A stretch of 20,000 nucleotides of DNA from an uncultured virus (IMG/VR IMGVR_UViG_3300033996_000365). Lineage: Duplodnaviria; Heunggongvirae; Uroviricota; Caudoviricetes. Below the pieces are notes generated by a model. That model was not told the DNA's origin and did no database searches. It saw nothing but the letters and a program-made list of their open reading frames with translations. Where the stretch lies: the IMG/VR virus record IMGVR_UViG_3300033996_000365. One strand, given 5' to 3'. This document shows positions 1 to 7,889 of the stretch, one piece after another (position 1 is the first letter of the stretch; each line of letters starts with the position of its first letter). The position numbers and the translations under genes were made by a program.

Positions 1-2076
1 ACGCAACTGATTGAAGTTAGTTGGCTTGGCTTTCTTCATAGCCGCAAGCTCACCACCAGTAGGCTCACGCCCGGTGTAGTATTGCCAGTTCTCACGCAGG
101 TCGTCGTCGGTGTACGACATCTTTGCCGTCACATCAGGCAATCTGGTAGCAAACGTAGCGATAGCTGCGTCGCTCGTTCTGGTTCCCAAGAACCTGTCCA
201 TCTCCGCTGCTGTCGGGCGGCGGCCAGCGACATCTTCAAAGATAGCTTGGATGTCTTTCTCTTCCATCAACCGAGTGGTTGGATCGTACGCAAACTTTGT
301 AAGTGGCTTGTACTGTCCTGCGGTCTTTAGCTGTGCATTGAGCGCGTTTATCTGTTGATCAATATTGGCGGTAGACGCTGTCGGTGACGTTGTTATGGCA
401 TTAACCTTTTGTTCCTGCAACGCTCTTATCTTGTTCTGTATTGCCTCCGCAGTTTCAAAAGTTGCGGGGCGTAGCGCCTGCACATTAGTAGCCTTGCGAC
501 CGGTCTCATCTTGCCAAGCCTGCTTCTCTGCCGCTAACGCATCTTGATATGCGTTGTACTTTTCCATCGCTGCGTCATACGTAGCTTGTGCTTTGTTTGT
601 AGCTGCTTCGTTTGCAGCCACCATCTTGTCACGCGCCGCAATACTTGATTGATAAGCCTTAGCTTGATTCAGGTTTGCGTTCGCAACGTTGATGCGATTC
701 ACCATATCCGCAATAGGCTTGGCGTTTGCTCTTGTGTTTTTTCTTAGTTCGGTAAGTTGCGCCCTTAAATCATTAACCTGACTTTGATAGGCATCAAGAT
801 CGTTAAACTTTTCCAACGATGCAATTCGCTTATCCAGCGCCGCTGTGCTTTGGAGCGAGGGCTTTGGTTCCGGTGGCTTTGCTACAGCTTTTAACTTGGA
901 AATAAATCCGCCTGTTGCTAGAGACGCGATGCCGCCGCCTGCAAGCTTCTGCTCGCCGGTGTACGGATCTGTCCGCTGGTAATCCATAGGCTTGAAGACG
1001 TTCTCCGATATCGGCACGTTGCGCGGCACCATGTATCCATACGGGCGCATGTTTGCCATCGGGTAGTTCGTGTTTGCACCAGTAGATGCCTCTTGCGACA
1101 TCTTCTCTACTGGCAAGTCTGCCAGACCGCCTTCTGCTAAAAAGGTGTAATCACGCTCACCTGAAAGCCCTGGCGTTGGACCGGCGATGTATTCGCCCGT
1201 GTACGTGCGGGTAGGACGAATTGGCTGACCCGGCGCTTGCTGCGGCATCATCGGCTGATCTTGCGACAGGGCAAGTGCAGAAACACCAGAGGCAAGAAGC
1301 GGCATCTTGTATTCGCTCAAGAAATTCTTCCGAGCGTCTTCGCCTTCTTGACCACCGCTAAACAGCTTGCCGCCAAACTGCTGGAACCGTTCGCCTAGCG
1401 TTGGTGCTTTTACTGCTTGTTCTACGGCAGTAACACCCTGCGTTGTTGGTACGTTTGCCGCAGTTGGTCTAACGATTGGATTAACTGGCGCGCCTACTGT
1501 AGGAGTTGGAACAAACTGACCGCCAACCATCGTGCCGCCTGCTGGAGCCTTGGCAATAATGCTTGCAGGCGTAGGCGGAGGCAATACACCAGCAGGGTTT
1601 GCGCTAATAGCAGCCAGCTTATCGGCATTTGATGCTGCTGTTGCTGCTGCACTAGGAGCAGCCGCTGCGGCTTGAGACGCGGCAGCTTGCGTTGCTGCAC
1701 TTGGCCCCAACAAACCGGCACCCAGTCCTGCGCCACCATAAGCGCCCATACCCATCATCAAGCCCTTGCCTAGACTGCCGGTGGCAAGTGTGCCAATACC
1801 TGCGGTCAACAGGCCAGCCGACATGGCGCTAGAAAGGCCGCCAAATTTGACAGCCATACCAGCCGGACCCAAGAATGCGCCCGCTACCATAGGCAACAGA
1901 GCAGACAAGAAGCCTGCTTCCGGCAAGCCAGTCTCTGGGTTGACCGTAAGGCTGCCACCATGAGCCATCGCCAACGTTTGCAAGCTTTGGACTTCACGCG
2001 GGGTCATGTGAACAAGGACCTTGTCCTCGCCCCTACCGGCGCTTTGAAGATGTTGGGCTAGGGTATGGAGGCTCAT
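1..2076 (-). CDS. Large putative internal virion / DNA ejection (pilot-like) protein, 3'-truncated by window edge (>=692 aa)
   Basis: Not in ORF track because it has no stop. Hand translation from ATG 2076 is open to position 1: MSLHTLAQHLQSAGRGEDKVLVHMTPREVQSLQTLAMAHGGSLTVNPETGLPEAGFLSALLPMVAGAFLG..., then a Gly/Ala hydrophobic stretch, Ala/Pro linker, LAEGG/LAGGG/LATGG motifs, a coiled-coil region and GRxPTxxE repeats. Position after the nozzle matches ejection genes of P22/T7-like phages. Confidence 0.8.
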   Translation of the reverse strand, partial: MSLHTLAQHLQSAGRGEDKVLVHMTPREVQSLQTLAMAHGGSLTVNPETGLPEAGFLSALLPMVAGAFLGPAGMAVKFGGLSSAMSAGLLTAGIGTLATGSLGKGLMMGMGAYGGAGLGAGLLGPSAATQAAASQAAAAAPSAAATAASNADKLAAISANPAGVLPPPTPASIIAKAPAGGTMVGGQFVPTPTVGAPVNPIVRPTAANVPTTQGVTAVEQAVKAPTLGERFQQFGGKLFSGGQEGEDARKNFLSEYKMPLLASGVSALALSQDQPMMPQQAPGQPIRPTRTYTGEYIAGPTPGLSGERDYTFLAEGGLADLPVEKMSQEASTGANTNYPMANMRPYGYMVPRNVPISENVFKPMDYQRTDPYTGEQKLAGGGIASLATGGFISKLKAVAKPPEPKPSLQSTAALDKRIASLEKFNDLDAYQSQVNDLRAQLTELRKNTRANAKPIADMVNRINVANANLNQAKAYQSSIAARDKMVAANEAATNKAQATYDAAMEKYNAYQDALAAEKQAWQDETGRKATNVQALRPATFETAEAIQNKIRALQEQKVNAITTSPTASTANIDQQINALNAQLKTAGQYKPLTKFAYDPTTRLMEEKDIQAIFEDVAGRRPTAAEMDRFLGTRTSDAAIATFATRLPDVTAKMSYTDDDLRENWQYYTGREPTGGELAAMKKAKPTNFNQLR

Positions 2077-2077
2077 A

Positions 2078-2392
2078 TTAAGACACCTTTATTTTTAATA
2101 CGTTTGTGGCAACGTCATAGTACACATCGCCGATTCGCAACTTGCCTGCCGACTCATCCATGCTGGTAGCAAAACTAACAACGGAGTTACCGCTAGTTGG
2201 ATCAATGGCACTAAAATTTAACGCAGCAACAACAGTATTTCCCGTTCTCTGTACAGATCCTGCGCTCGGACCGGGATTGTCCAATTGCGAAAAATACAAC
2301 CGCAAAACGTTGTTTAACTGATCCTGATAAGTACGACTGTATTCTACCGGAGCGACTGGTAATGCTGGGGATTTTGTGGTACCGGTTGACAT
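2078..2392 (-). CDS. Small phage structural protein downstream of tail nozzle (unknown function)
   Basis: 104-aa ORF, SD-like GGAGGT upstream, abuts both neighbours; N-terminal P-x-A-P-x-E-Y...QLNNVLRLYF motif typical of the gene following the nozzle in such phages. Confidence 0.75.
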   Translation of the reverse strand: MSTGTTKSPALPVAPVEYSRTYQDQLNNVLRLYFSQLDNPGPSAGSVQRTGNTVVAALNFSAIDPTSGNSVVSFATSMDESAGKLRIGDVYYDVATNVLKIKVS

Positions 2393-2394
2393 GT

Positions 2395-4530
2395 TTACCT
2401 CCGGCCATCAGGTCTGATGTCAATTCTAGGAGCGCCTAACTGCCATGCACAGCCAATCTGGTTAGAGCTGACCTTGAATGCCATCTGACGCCCGCGCAGG
2501 CGCGTGTACACAATCTCCGTGAACTCCTGAACCGTGTAATACCGCACGCCGTTATACGACTGTGTCGACGCAACGGTTGGCGTATCAGACGTGCCGTACG
2601 GCGCACCAGGGTTCTGGCGGGGACGAACGGTGAAGGTGACTTCCGGCTTGCCGGGCGACGGCGTACTCGAGCCATCGAACGTGATGTCGGGAATCATCCG
2701 CCAGACAAAGCCAAAGTTGTGACCGTCGCCGATGTCAAAGTCAGAAGACTGGATGTAGGCGTTGATCGGGACAACCTGACCACTCACCTCTACGTCATCG
2801 TTGCCATTCTCATGGAACACGATTGTGTGGCTGTAGGTCGCACCCATAGGGTACTGGCGCAGCGGGCTGTCTAGCCATGCCGTGCGGCCAAGCGTGCCGT
2901 AGTACCAAACCTGATCCAGATAGTTGTACACGACGTACCGGTCAATCACCGTCGAGTTGGCCGAGCAGTAGTACCACCAGATTTCGCTGTAGCCCTCATT
3001 CGTGCCAGCAAAGAACTGGTACGACTGCTCAAGGTTGATGTCGTTGAACACAAACTGACGCAGCGCACACGGCAACGTTTCCACTCGACCGGTGTAGGCG
3101 TAAAACTTGTCCGTGCCCATCCAGTAGGTAATGTTGTTGGCCGTCGCCACCGCGTTCGGACCAGCGATGGAAATATTGTCAGACAGGATGTTGAAACCCC
3201 AGACAAATGGTGGCCCCAAGTACTGCATCGAAAACACTGCAGCGTCGGTAAAGACCAAGATTTCCTGACGAGTCTGCTGCGCCGTGATGATGGTTGAGCC
3301 TGACGACAGCCGGAAGCTGCCCGCCTGATTGGTGGCTGCCGGTGCCCAGACCTGATAGTCCTCTTGATCGGACCAACGAATCAGCAGCGGATCCTGTTCT
3401 GCCGAGCCATAGTCGTTGCACCCGAAGGCAATGACAAAACGGGACGAGTCCGAAACCATTACGTAATTGGCTATCGTCGGGCAGCTTGTGTCTGTCTGGT
3501 AAATCCCAGAGCTGGTGCTAGACAGTAGCTGCGCCCGTGTGCCGAACAACAGGTTGCCTGCGCCGCTGTACACCGGCACCCACATATACAGCGCACCGCC
3601 GCGTGGATTAATGATCAGGTAATCGCCGAAGTTGGTTTCCGACCACAAGCGCAACTGCTGCGGGATACCGAACGCCGCAGACTGACCCCAGCCGGTAAAA
3701 GAGGCAGCGTTGTACACCACAGTGTTAGCGGTGTGGCTAGTTGCCACCGTGCCGTTAGCACCACGCAGCGTGCCGGTAAAGATGGTGGCAGTGTTGCCAG
3801 AGTATTGCGCCAACTCCTGATCCATCAGGATCGTGCCAGTTGCGTTGGAAAATCCAAGAGTAGATGTAACGGTAATGTTGGTGTTGGCAGCGTTTACACT
3901 AGCCGTCAATATGGTCTGCGTTGCGCCCGTACTAAATCCGCCCCACAAGCCTGCGCCCCAGCCTGCAAGGAAGCCATAAGTAGGTAAGCCGACGTTTAGC
4001 TGATATGCAGCAGTTACCGTGCCGCCGCCTGTGGCAGACGAGCTTGCGTTCGTCAGCGCAGAAATGGTGTACGTGTTGGTCGTCGCAGTTAAGATTTCAA
4101 ACTCACCGTTCAGATCCAAGCCGCCTACCGTCGACGCACCCGAGAACGTCACGTAGTCACCAGCAATTGCGCCGTGATCCGCATCTGTCACAGTCACGAT
4201 TCTGGAGCCGCTGGTGGTAGTAAACGGATTTGTCAGAACATCCGTCGCACGAATCGGCGTGATGTCGTTATAGGTGCCACCGTTCTCAACGTAGTACTTA
4301 AGATTGGTTCCGACGCCCAGCAGGTTATACCCGCGCAGCGTGACCCAGTTCCACAGACTACGAGCAAAACCTAGATAAGTGTCGCTGGAAATCGGCTGCC
4401 AGCCGCCTAGCTTCTGCGGATAGCCCGACCGGAAACGAACCTTGTCACACTCAAACCAACCACCTTCGTTGGCAAGCGTCGTTCCCTCTCTGTTGACGCC
4501 TGGGCGCAGTTGCAGTTTCTGGAGCGGCAT
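2395..4530 (-). CDS. Tail nozzle / packaged-DNA stabilisation protein (P22 gp10- or T7 gp12-like beta-propeller) with inserted beta-rich domains
   Basis: 711 aa, beta-rich (LLIRWSDQED, ILVFTD, ITYWMG, EIWWYY, YVVYNY...WYYG strands), N-terminal PGVNRE...W...DKVRFR motif, C-terminal RGRQ...W.LG..RIDIRPDGRR; Thr-rich insert VTVTDADHG..AGDYVTFSG. Confidence 0.75.
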   Translation of the reverse strand: MPLQKLQLRPGVNREGTTLANEGGWFECDKVRFRSGYPQKLGGWQPISSDTYLGFARSLWNWVTLRGYNLLGVGTNLKYYVENGGTYNDITPIRATDVLTNPFTTTSGSRIVTVTDADHGAIAGDYVTFSGASTVGGLDLNGEFEILTATTNTYTISALTNASSSATGGGTVTAAYQLNVGLPTYGFLAGWGAGLWGGFSTGATQTILTASVNAANTNITVTSTLGFSNATGTILMDQELAQYSGNTATIFTGTLRGANGTVATSHTANTVVYNAASFTGWGQSAAFGIPQQLRLWSETNFGDYLIINPRGGALYMWVPVYSGAGNLLFGTRAQLLSSTSSGIYQTDTSCPTIANYVMVSDSSRFVIAFGCNDYGSAEQDPLLIRWSDQEDYQVWAPAATNQAGSFRLSSGSTIITAQQTRQEILVFTDAAVFSMQYLGPPFVWGFNILSDNISIAGPNAVATANNITYWMGTDKFYAYTGRVETLPCALRQFVFNDINLEQSYQFFAGTNEGYSEIWWYYCSANSTVIDRYVVYNYLDQVWYYGTLGRTAWLDSPLRQYPMGATYSHTIVFHENGNDDVEVSGQVVPINAYIQSSDFDIGDGHNFGFVWRMIPDITFDGSSTPSPGKPEVTFTVRPRQNPGAPYGTSDTPTVASTQSYNGVRYYTVQEFTEIVYTRLRGRQMAFKVSSNQIGCAWQLGAPRIDIRPDGRR

Positions 4531-4531
4531 T

Positions 4532-5002
4532 TTATTTCACCGTTTTTCTGACTGATTCGTACTGGGCGTAGCATTGCTTGAGGGCAATGGCAAGCTCGTC
4601 GGCTTCTCTACCGAGCCGGACAAGAAACTCGCTATCCTGTCTGTAAAGGTCTTTTCCGGTACAGCCGCCTGATCCAGCACCGGAGGCATCGGACACGGAA
4701 CTACCTTCGGCGGGGCGGGCCTTCCGGTCGCGCAGGCTGTTAGCAAGAGCGGTATTCCTAGCAGCAATATCCCGTATCTCACGATCTTTCTCCTGTCTTA
4801 ACCTATCTGCGCCCATCTGAAGTTGCTGCTGTATTTCAACAGATTCTTCCATAGCCTTGGCATACTGGGCATACTGCTCTGTCTTTTCTTTGTCCCAAGC
4901 CTGCTGCACTTCAGCCTTGCCTGCGTCGTTGCCTTTATAGTACCCGCCAACGGCTGCCGCGCCAATGGCAACAACACCAGCGAGGATCAGCCACGGATTC
5001 AT
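4532..5002 (-). CDS. Rz: Inner-membrane spanin (Rz-like)
   Basis: N-terminal TM helix (WLILAGVVAIGAAAVGGYY), long coiled coil, C-terminal ADELAIALKQC; directly follows the lysozyme with a 4-nt overlap; contains an embedded lipoprotein gene. Confidence 0.85.
   Translation of the reverse strand: MNPWLILAGVVAIGAAAVGGYYKGNDAGKAEVQQAWDKEKTEQYAQYAKAMEESVEIQQQLQMGADRLRQEKDREIRDIAARNTALANSLRDRKARPAEGSSVSDASGAGSGGCTGKDLYRQDSEFLVRLGREADELAIALKQCYAQYESVRKTVK
4537..4782 (-). CDS. Rz1: Outer-membrane lipoprotein spanin (Rz1-like), fully embedded in Rz in another frame
   Basis: GTG start with AGGAG upstream; signal peptide MRYGILLLGIPLLLTA-C with lipobox LTAC; Pro-rich mature part (RPAPPKVVPCPMPP) as in lambda Rz1. 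Confidence 0.8.
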   Translation of the reverse strand: MRYGILLLGIPLLLTACATGRPAPPKVVPCPMPPVLDQAAVPEKTFTDRIASFLSGSVEKPTSLPLPSSNATPSTNQSEKR

Positions 5003-5484
5003 TTTGGCTCCGTAAAGTACAAGGCAATCTCATCATTCCGACGCTTTATTAGCCCCGGCAAAACCTTGCCGCCGCCCTTGGTGAACTTCAGGAACTCCTG
5101 CTTCACACCTTCAAAGTCACCACGGTTGTGCTTCTGCCGCAAGGTCGATCTCTGTAGCGTTCCTAGCCCAACATTGAATGCAAAGCTGACCAACGCTCCC
5201 AAGCGATTTTGGTTAAGATTGTTAGGGCAGTAACGAAGAACACCAGCGATAAAACGCTGTAGGTCTTTCTCAAGGATCGAATCAACTTCGTCTTTGCTGA
5301 ATACACGGAAGTCCTCTATCTTTAGTGCGAACTTGTCACGCTGATCTACCGGCATCTTGCCCTGCTCGGGGTAAAGCACATGCCCTACCCCGATAGTCCA
5401 CAGCTTTGCCGGACACTTGTACGGCTTGTATCTCACACCCTCATGGTGCTTGATCATTGCAATTGTGGCGACCGGTATCTTCAT
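4999..5484 (-). CDS. Endolysin, GH24 phage lysozyme
   Basis: HEG..Y.CPAKLWTIGVGH (E-8x-C-5x-T triad), ALVSFAFNVG, STL, GL.KRR..E..LY motifs. Confidence 0.95.
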   Translation of the reverse strand: MKIPVATIAMIKHHEGVRYKPYKCPAKLWTIGVGHVLYPEQGKMPVDQRDKFALKIEDFRVFSKDEVDSILEKDLQRFIAGVLRYCPNNLNQNRLGALVSFAFNVGLGTLQRSTLRQKHNRGDFEGVKQEFLKFTKGGGKVLPGLIKRRNDEIALYFTEPK

Positions 5485-5555
5485 GGCAAATTACTTATTA
5501 AATAAGCACACAGAAATACAGTTGTAGCAATCCGAGCGTAGATTAAATAGATCAC
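5481..5555 (-). CDS. Putative 24-aa hydrophobic mini-protein between holin and endolysin
   Basis: GTG at 5555 overlaps the holin stop (GTGA) and its TGA overlaps the lysozyme ATG (ATGA); MIYLIYARIATTVFLCAYLISNLP fills the gap exactly. Confidence 0.5.
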   Translation of the reverse strand: MIYLIYARIATTVFLCAYLISNLP

Positions 5556-6064
5556 TTGCCAGCTTTGCTGTTGCCACGGCTACCAAACCACATAGCGATG
5601 ATGGTGCCCAGTAGCGCCATCTCGTCAGCATCAAACACAATCTCCATGATCTGGATCAGCTCACCAATCGAGGTGACCTTGTCGCCGTGCATGAATATCC
5701 ACAGCATGGTCAGCAGGTTAATCAGCACCAACTCGAAGACGAAGATGAAGGTGACGAACGGACGAGTAGCCGCAGTCATATCCTTGACCCACTGGGAAGA
5801 CGACTCAAGCAGCTTCTCTTGATTGTTGTAGATCATGCCCATCTGCGCCATGTACTGCTGATGGTCTTGCTCGTCGTTCTCGCGCACTTCTTCCGTCTTA
5901 TCGGTAGGCGAGTAACCCTTCTCCGTCAGTGCTAACTGCTGACGCATCTGCATGTGCAGGATGTCTAGTTCGTGCTTCTTGTCCGCACGGTCTTGCAGCA
6001 TATCGAACAGGCGGGGAAACAAGGCTACGATGTAACCGCCAATAGTAGAGATCAGAGTTAGCAT
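5552..6064 (-). CDS. Putative holin (resembles GTA 3TM-holin family)
   Basis: Hydrophobic N-terminus, helical linker, W...RP.VTFIFV TM segment and C-terminal LLGTIIAMWFGSR; immediately upstream of the endolysin. Confidence 0.7.
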   Translation of the reverse strand: MLTLISTIGGYIVALFPRLFDMLQDRADKKHELDILHMQMRQQLALTEKGYSPTDKTEEVRENDEQDHQQYMAQMGMIYNNQEKLLESSSQWVKDMTAATRPFVTFIFVFELVLINLLTMLWIFMHGDKVTSIGELIQIMEIVFDADEMALLGTIIAMWFGSRGNSKAGK

Positions 6065-6067
6065 GAT

Positions 6068-6373
6068 TCACCTTCCGTAAAGTCGTTCTTCCAAAATCTC
6101 GCGCCGCAGTTCTTTCATCTTCTTGACTTCAGTCACCGCTGCCTGGGTCGCAAAGTACATGTCGTAGTACATAAACGCTAAGACCGGCATGACGATGAAA
6201 AACATCAGCAGTACAGCTAACACCACGACAATCAATGACCAAGGGACATTCTCGTCATCGCGCTTCTTGTCGTTAGCCACATCAACCCCACTGCCCACGC
6301 CACCACGAAAATTACTCCGGAAACCCACGCCAGCTTTGACTTGACTTCCGCTATTCTTTTTCTGCGTCGCCAT
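6068..6373 (-). CDS. Single-TM membrane protein in lysis region
   Basis: Long hydrophobic segment WSLIVVVLAVLLMFFIVMPVLAFMYY and basic C-terminal helix; ends 3 nt before the holin; start uncertain (142-nt overlap with the upstream gene). Confidence 0.7.
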   Translation of the reverse strand: MATQKKNSGSQVKAGVGFRSNFRGGVGSGVDVANDKKRDDENVPWSLIVVVLAVLLMFFIVMPVLAFMYYDMYFATQAAVTEVKKMKELRREILEERLYGR

Positions 6374-6918
6374 GATGCTATCTGTGCCAGCCTAATTTCC
6401 TCTGCGTGAGCTTCCTCCTGCTCGGCAACAATTCGCTGCCACATCTCTTCAAACTTGCCCCACAGTCCAGATAATTCTGGCGGGCTACGAAACACCATGG
6501 TTTCTCTTATTTCAGCCAACATCGCGTCTAGCCTTGACGTAATCAGTATCCGCTTTAAAGCGCGTCTGCCGATACTCTCGTCACCCTTGTAAACCTGCTT
6601 GGCTTCCAACTGCTCTTTCAGAAACAACTTGCTAATCGCGTCGTACGCATCCATCAGTGCGCCCAACTGATTGCCGATGTCCGTGAAAACATCATTTGGG
6701 TCAGCCTTGGCTATCTCCTGCACACGCTGGACTTCTGCGTGGTACTGCTGTTTTTGCGTTGGCGTGGGATCGACGATCTTGTTGTACTGATCCTTCAGAT
6801 CATCTAGTACTTCCTTGACTTCCCCTGCCGCGCCTTTGATTTCCTTGTACAGCTCACATCCCTTCTTAACCGCTGCAACAGCAGCATTCGCCGCAGCAAG
6901 AAGGGTCAGCGGGTCAAT
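6232..6918 (-). CDS. Helical/coiled-coil protein with C-terminal TM anchor (228 aa), probable ATT start
   Basis: Frame is open 65 codons upstream of the track's GTG (6723), back to ATT at 6918 directly after the upstream TAA; reads (M)DPLTLLAAANAAVAAVKKGCELYKEIK...; GGAGG 5 nt upstream; TM LAWVSGVIFVVAWAVGLMWL. Confidence 0.75.
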   Translation of the reverse strand: MDPLTLLAAANAAVAAVKKGCELYKEIKGAAGEVKEVLDDLKDQYNKIVDPTPTQKQQYHAEVQRVQEIAKADPNDVFTDIGNQLGALMDAYDAISKLFLKEQLEAKQVYKGDESIGRRALKRILITSRLDAMLAEIRETMVFRSPPELSGLWGKFEEMWQRIVAEQEEAHAEEIRLAQIASWRRRKRIAEVKSKLAWVSGVIFVVAWAVGLMWLTTRSAMTRMSLGH

Positions 6919-7284
6919 TTACGCCTCCGATGCTTTCCACGAAGTCGTGGCTTCATCCCATGAATACATCTGGCCGTCGGTAGGCATATCCACAGGTGCT
7001 TTCCACTGGCAGGTTTCTTCGTTCAACACCCAGCTTGCAAACGGCTTGGGCGGGATGAACGCATCACGCTGCTCGTCAAATATGTAACCCTGACCGGCGT
7101 AGTTCTTGCGCTTGTTCCCGTTGTAGCTGGTCTGTACCCAGCGGCCACCCAGCAGGCGCTCGCAGAAAGCAGCACCGATATGTTCTTTCTCAATGCCGCT
7201 TGCATCAGAGGTGTCGCGGTTGTCAACGACGATGACGCGCAGAACCTCGTTGTTTGGGCCAAGTTCACAGAAGTGAGCCATCAT
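6919..7284 (-). CDS. Conserved phage fibre-associated protein (MAHF...-type), possible fibre assembly factor
   Basis: MAHFCEL..N.V.RVIVV, WVQTSYN...RKNYAG.GY.FD..RDAFIPPKPFASW.L.E.TC.WKAP motif set, commonly seen after Gly-rich fibre genes in aquatic phages; AGGAG SD. Confidence 0.8.
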   Translation of the reverse strand: MMAHFCELGPNNEVLRVIVVDNRDTSDASGIEKEHIGAAFCERLLGGRWVQTSYNGNKRKNYAGQGYIFDEQRDAFIPPKPFASWVLNEETCQWKAPVDMPTDGQMYSWDEATTSWKASEA

Positions 7285-7889
7285 TCTTCTCCTAATTGCA
7301 GTCCAGTTAAGCTCTCATCGACACCGATGTGTCCCTTGAGAAAGGTATTAAATGCGATGCTGACACGGGTTTCGTCGCCCACCTTCGTTTGCACCATGTG
7401 CTCGAGATGAGATGGGAACAGAATCAAATCACCTGCGCCAACTTCATACCACCAGCTTTCAGAGTTCCAGTGGTTCCATGTGTCTGGCTGTAGCTTGATA
7501 CGCTCGTAGCCGCTTTTGTAAAAGTAAATCTTGTCTACCAGCCTGTCAGCCTGCGGGTAAAACACACCGCTGATAAAGCTGTTCGGATGCGCGTGCTTGT
7601 GATGCCACTGCCCAGGCTCTGTGTAGTTCGACCACGACTGCGTGATGTACAGGGATACGTCACCTTTAGGATCGTGCACCGTCTTAAAGTATTCCAGAAC
7701 CGCGTCTTCGATGAAGTCACGAATGTCTGTCAACTCTTTACCAACCAGTATCTTGCGGTCGGCGCTGGTGGTGTTGCCTTCGTTGGCATAGCGCTCTTGA
7801 CCGAGGATAAAGTCCAGCTCTGTCTTGGTCAGATCACGACCGAGTCGGGCGAACCCAACAGGCAGGGGAAAAAGGTTCTGGATATTCAT
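7281..7889 (-). CDS. Putative 2OG-Fe(II) oxygenase, TIGR02466 / 2OG-FeII_Oxy_5-like
   Basis: LFPLPV N-terminus, SWSN.....WHHKHAHPNSFISGVFY, GDLILFPSHLEHMV, RVSIAFN double-stranded beta-helix motifs. Confidence 0.88.
   Translation of the reverse strand: MNIQNLFPLPVGFARLGRDLTKTELDFILGQERYANEGNTTSADRKILVGKELTDIRDFIEDAVLEYFKTVHDPKGDVSLYITQSWSNYTEPGQWHHKHAHPNSFISGVFYPQADRLVDKIYFYKSGYERIKLQPDTWNHWNSESWWYEVGAGDLILFPSHLEHMVQTKVGDETRVSIAFNTFLKGHIGVDESLTGLQLGEE

Noticed and set aside
82..1963. Short ORFs listed in the first 2 kb, suggesting a non-coding or fragmented region
   Set aside because: The region is one continuous minus-strand frame from 2076 to the window edge, omitted by the track because it lacks a stop
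5065..5090. FTKGGG in the lysozyme as another GG-motif copy
   Set aside because: Corresponds to the standard GH24 (W/F)xKAGG motif, so it was not counted
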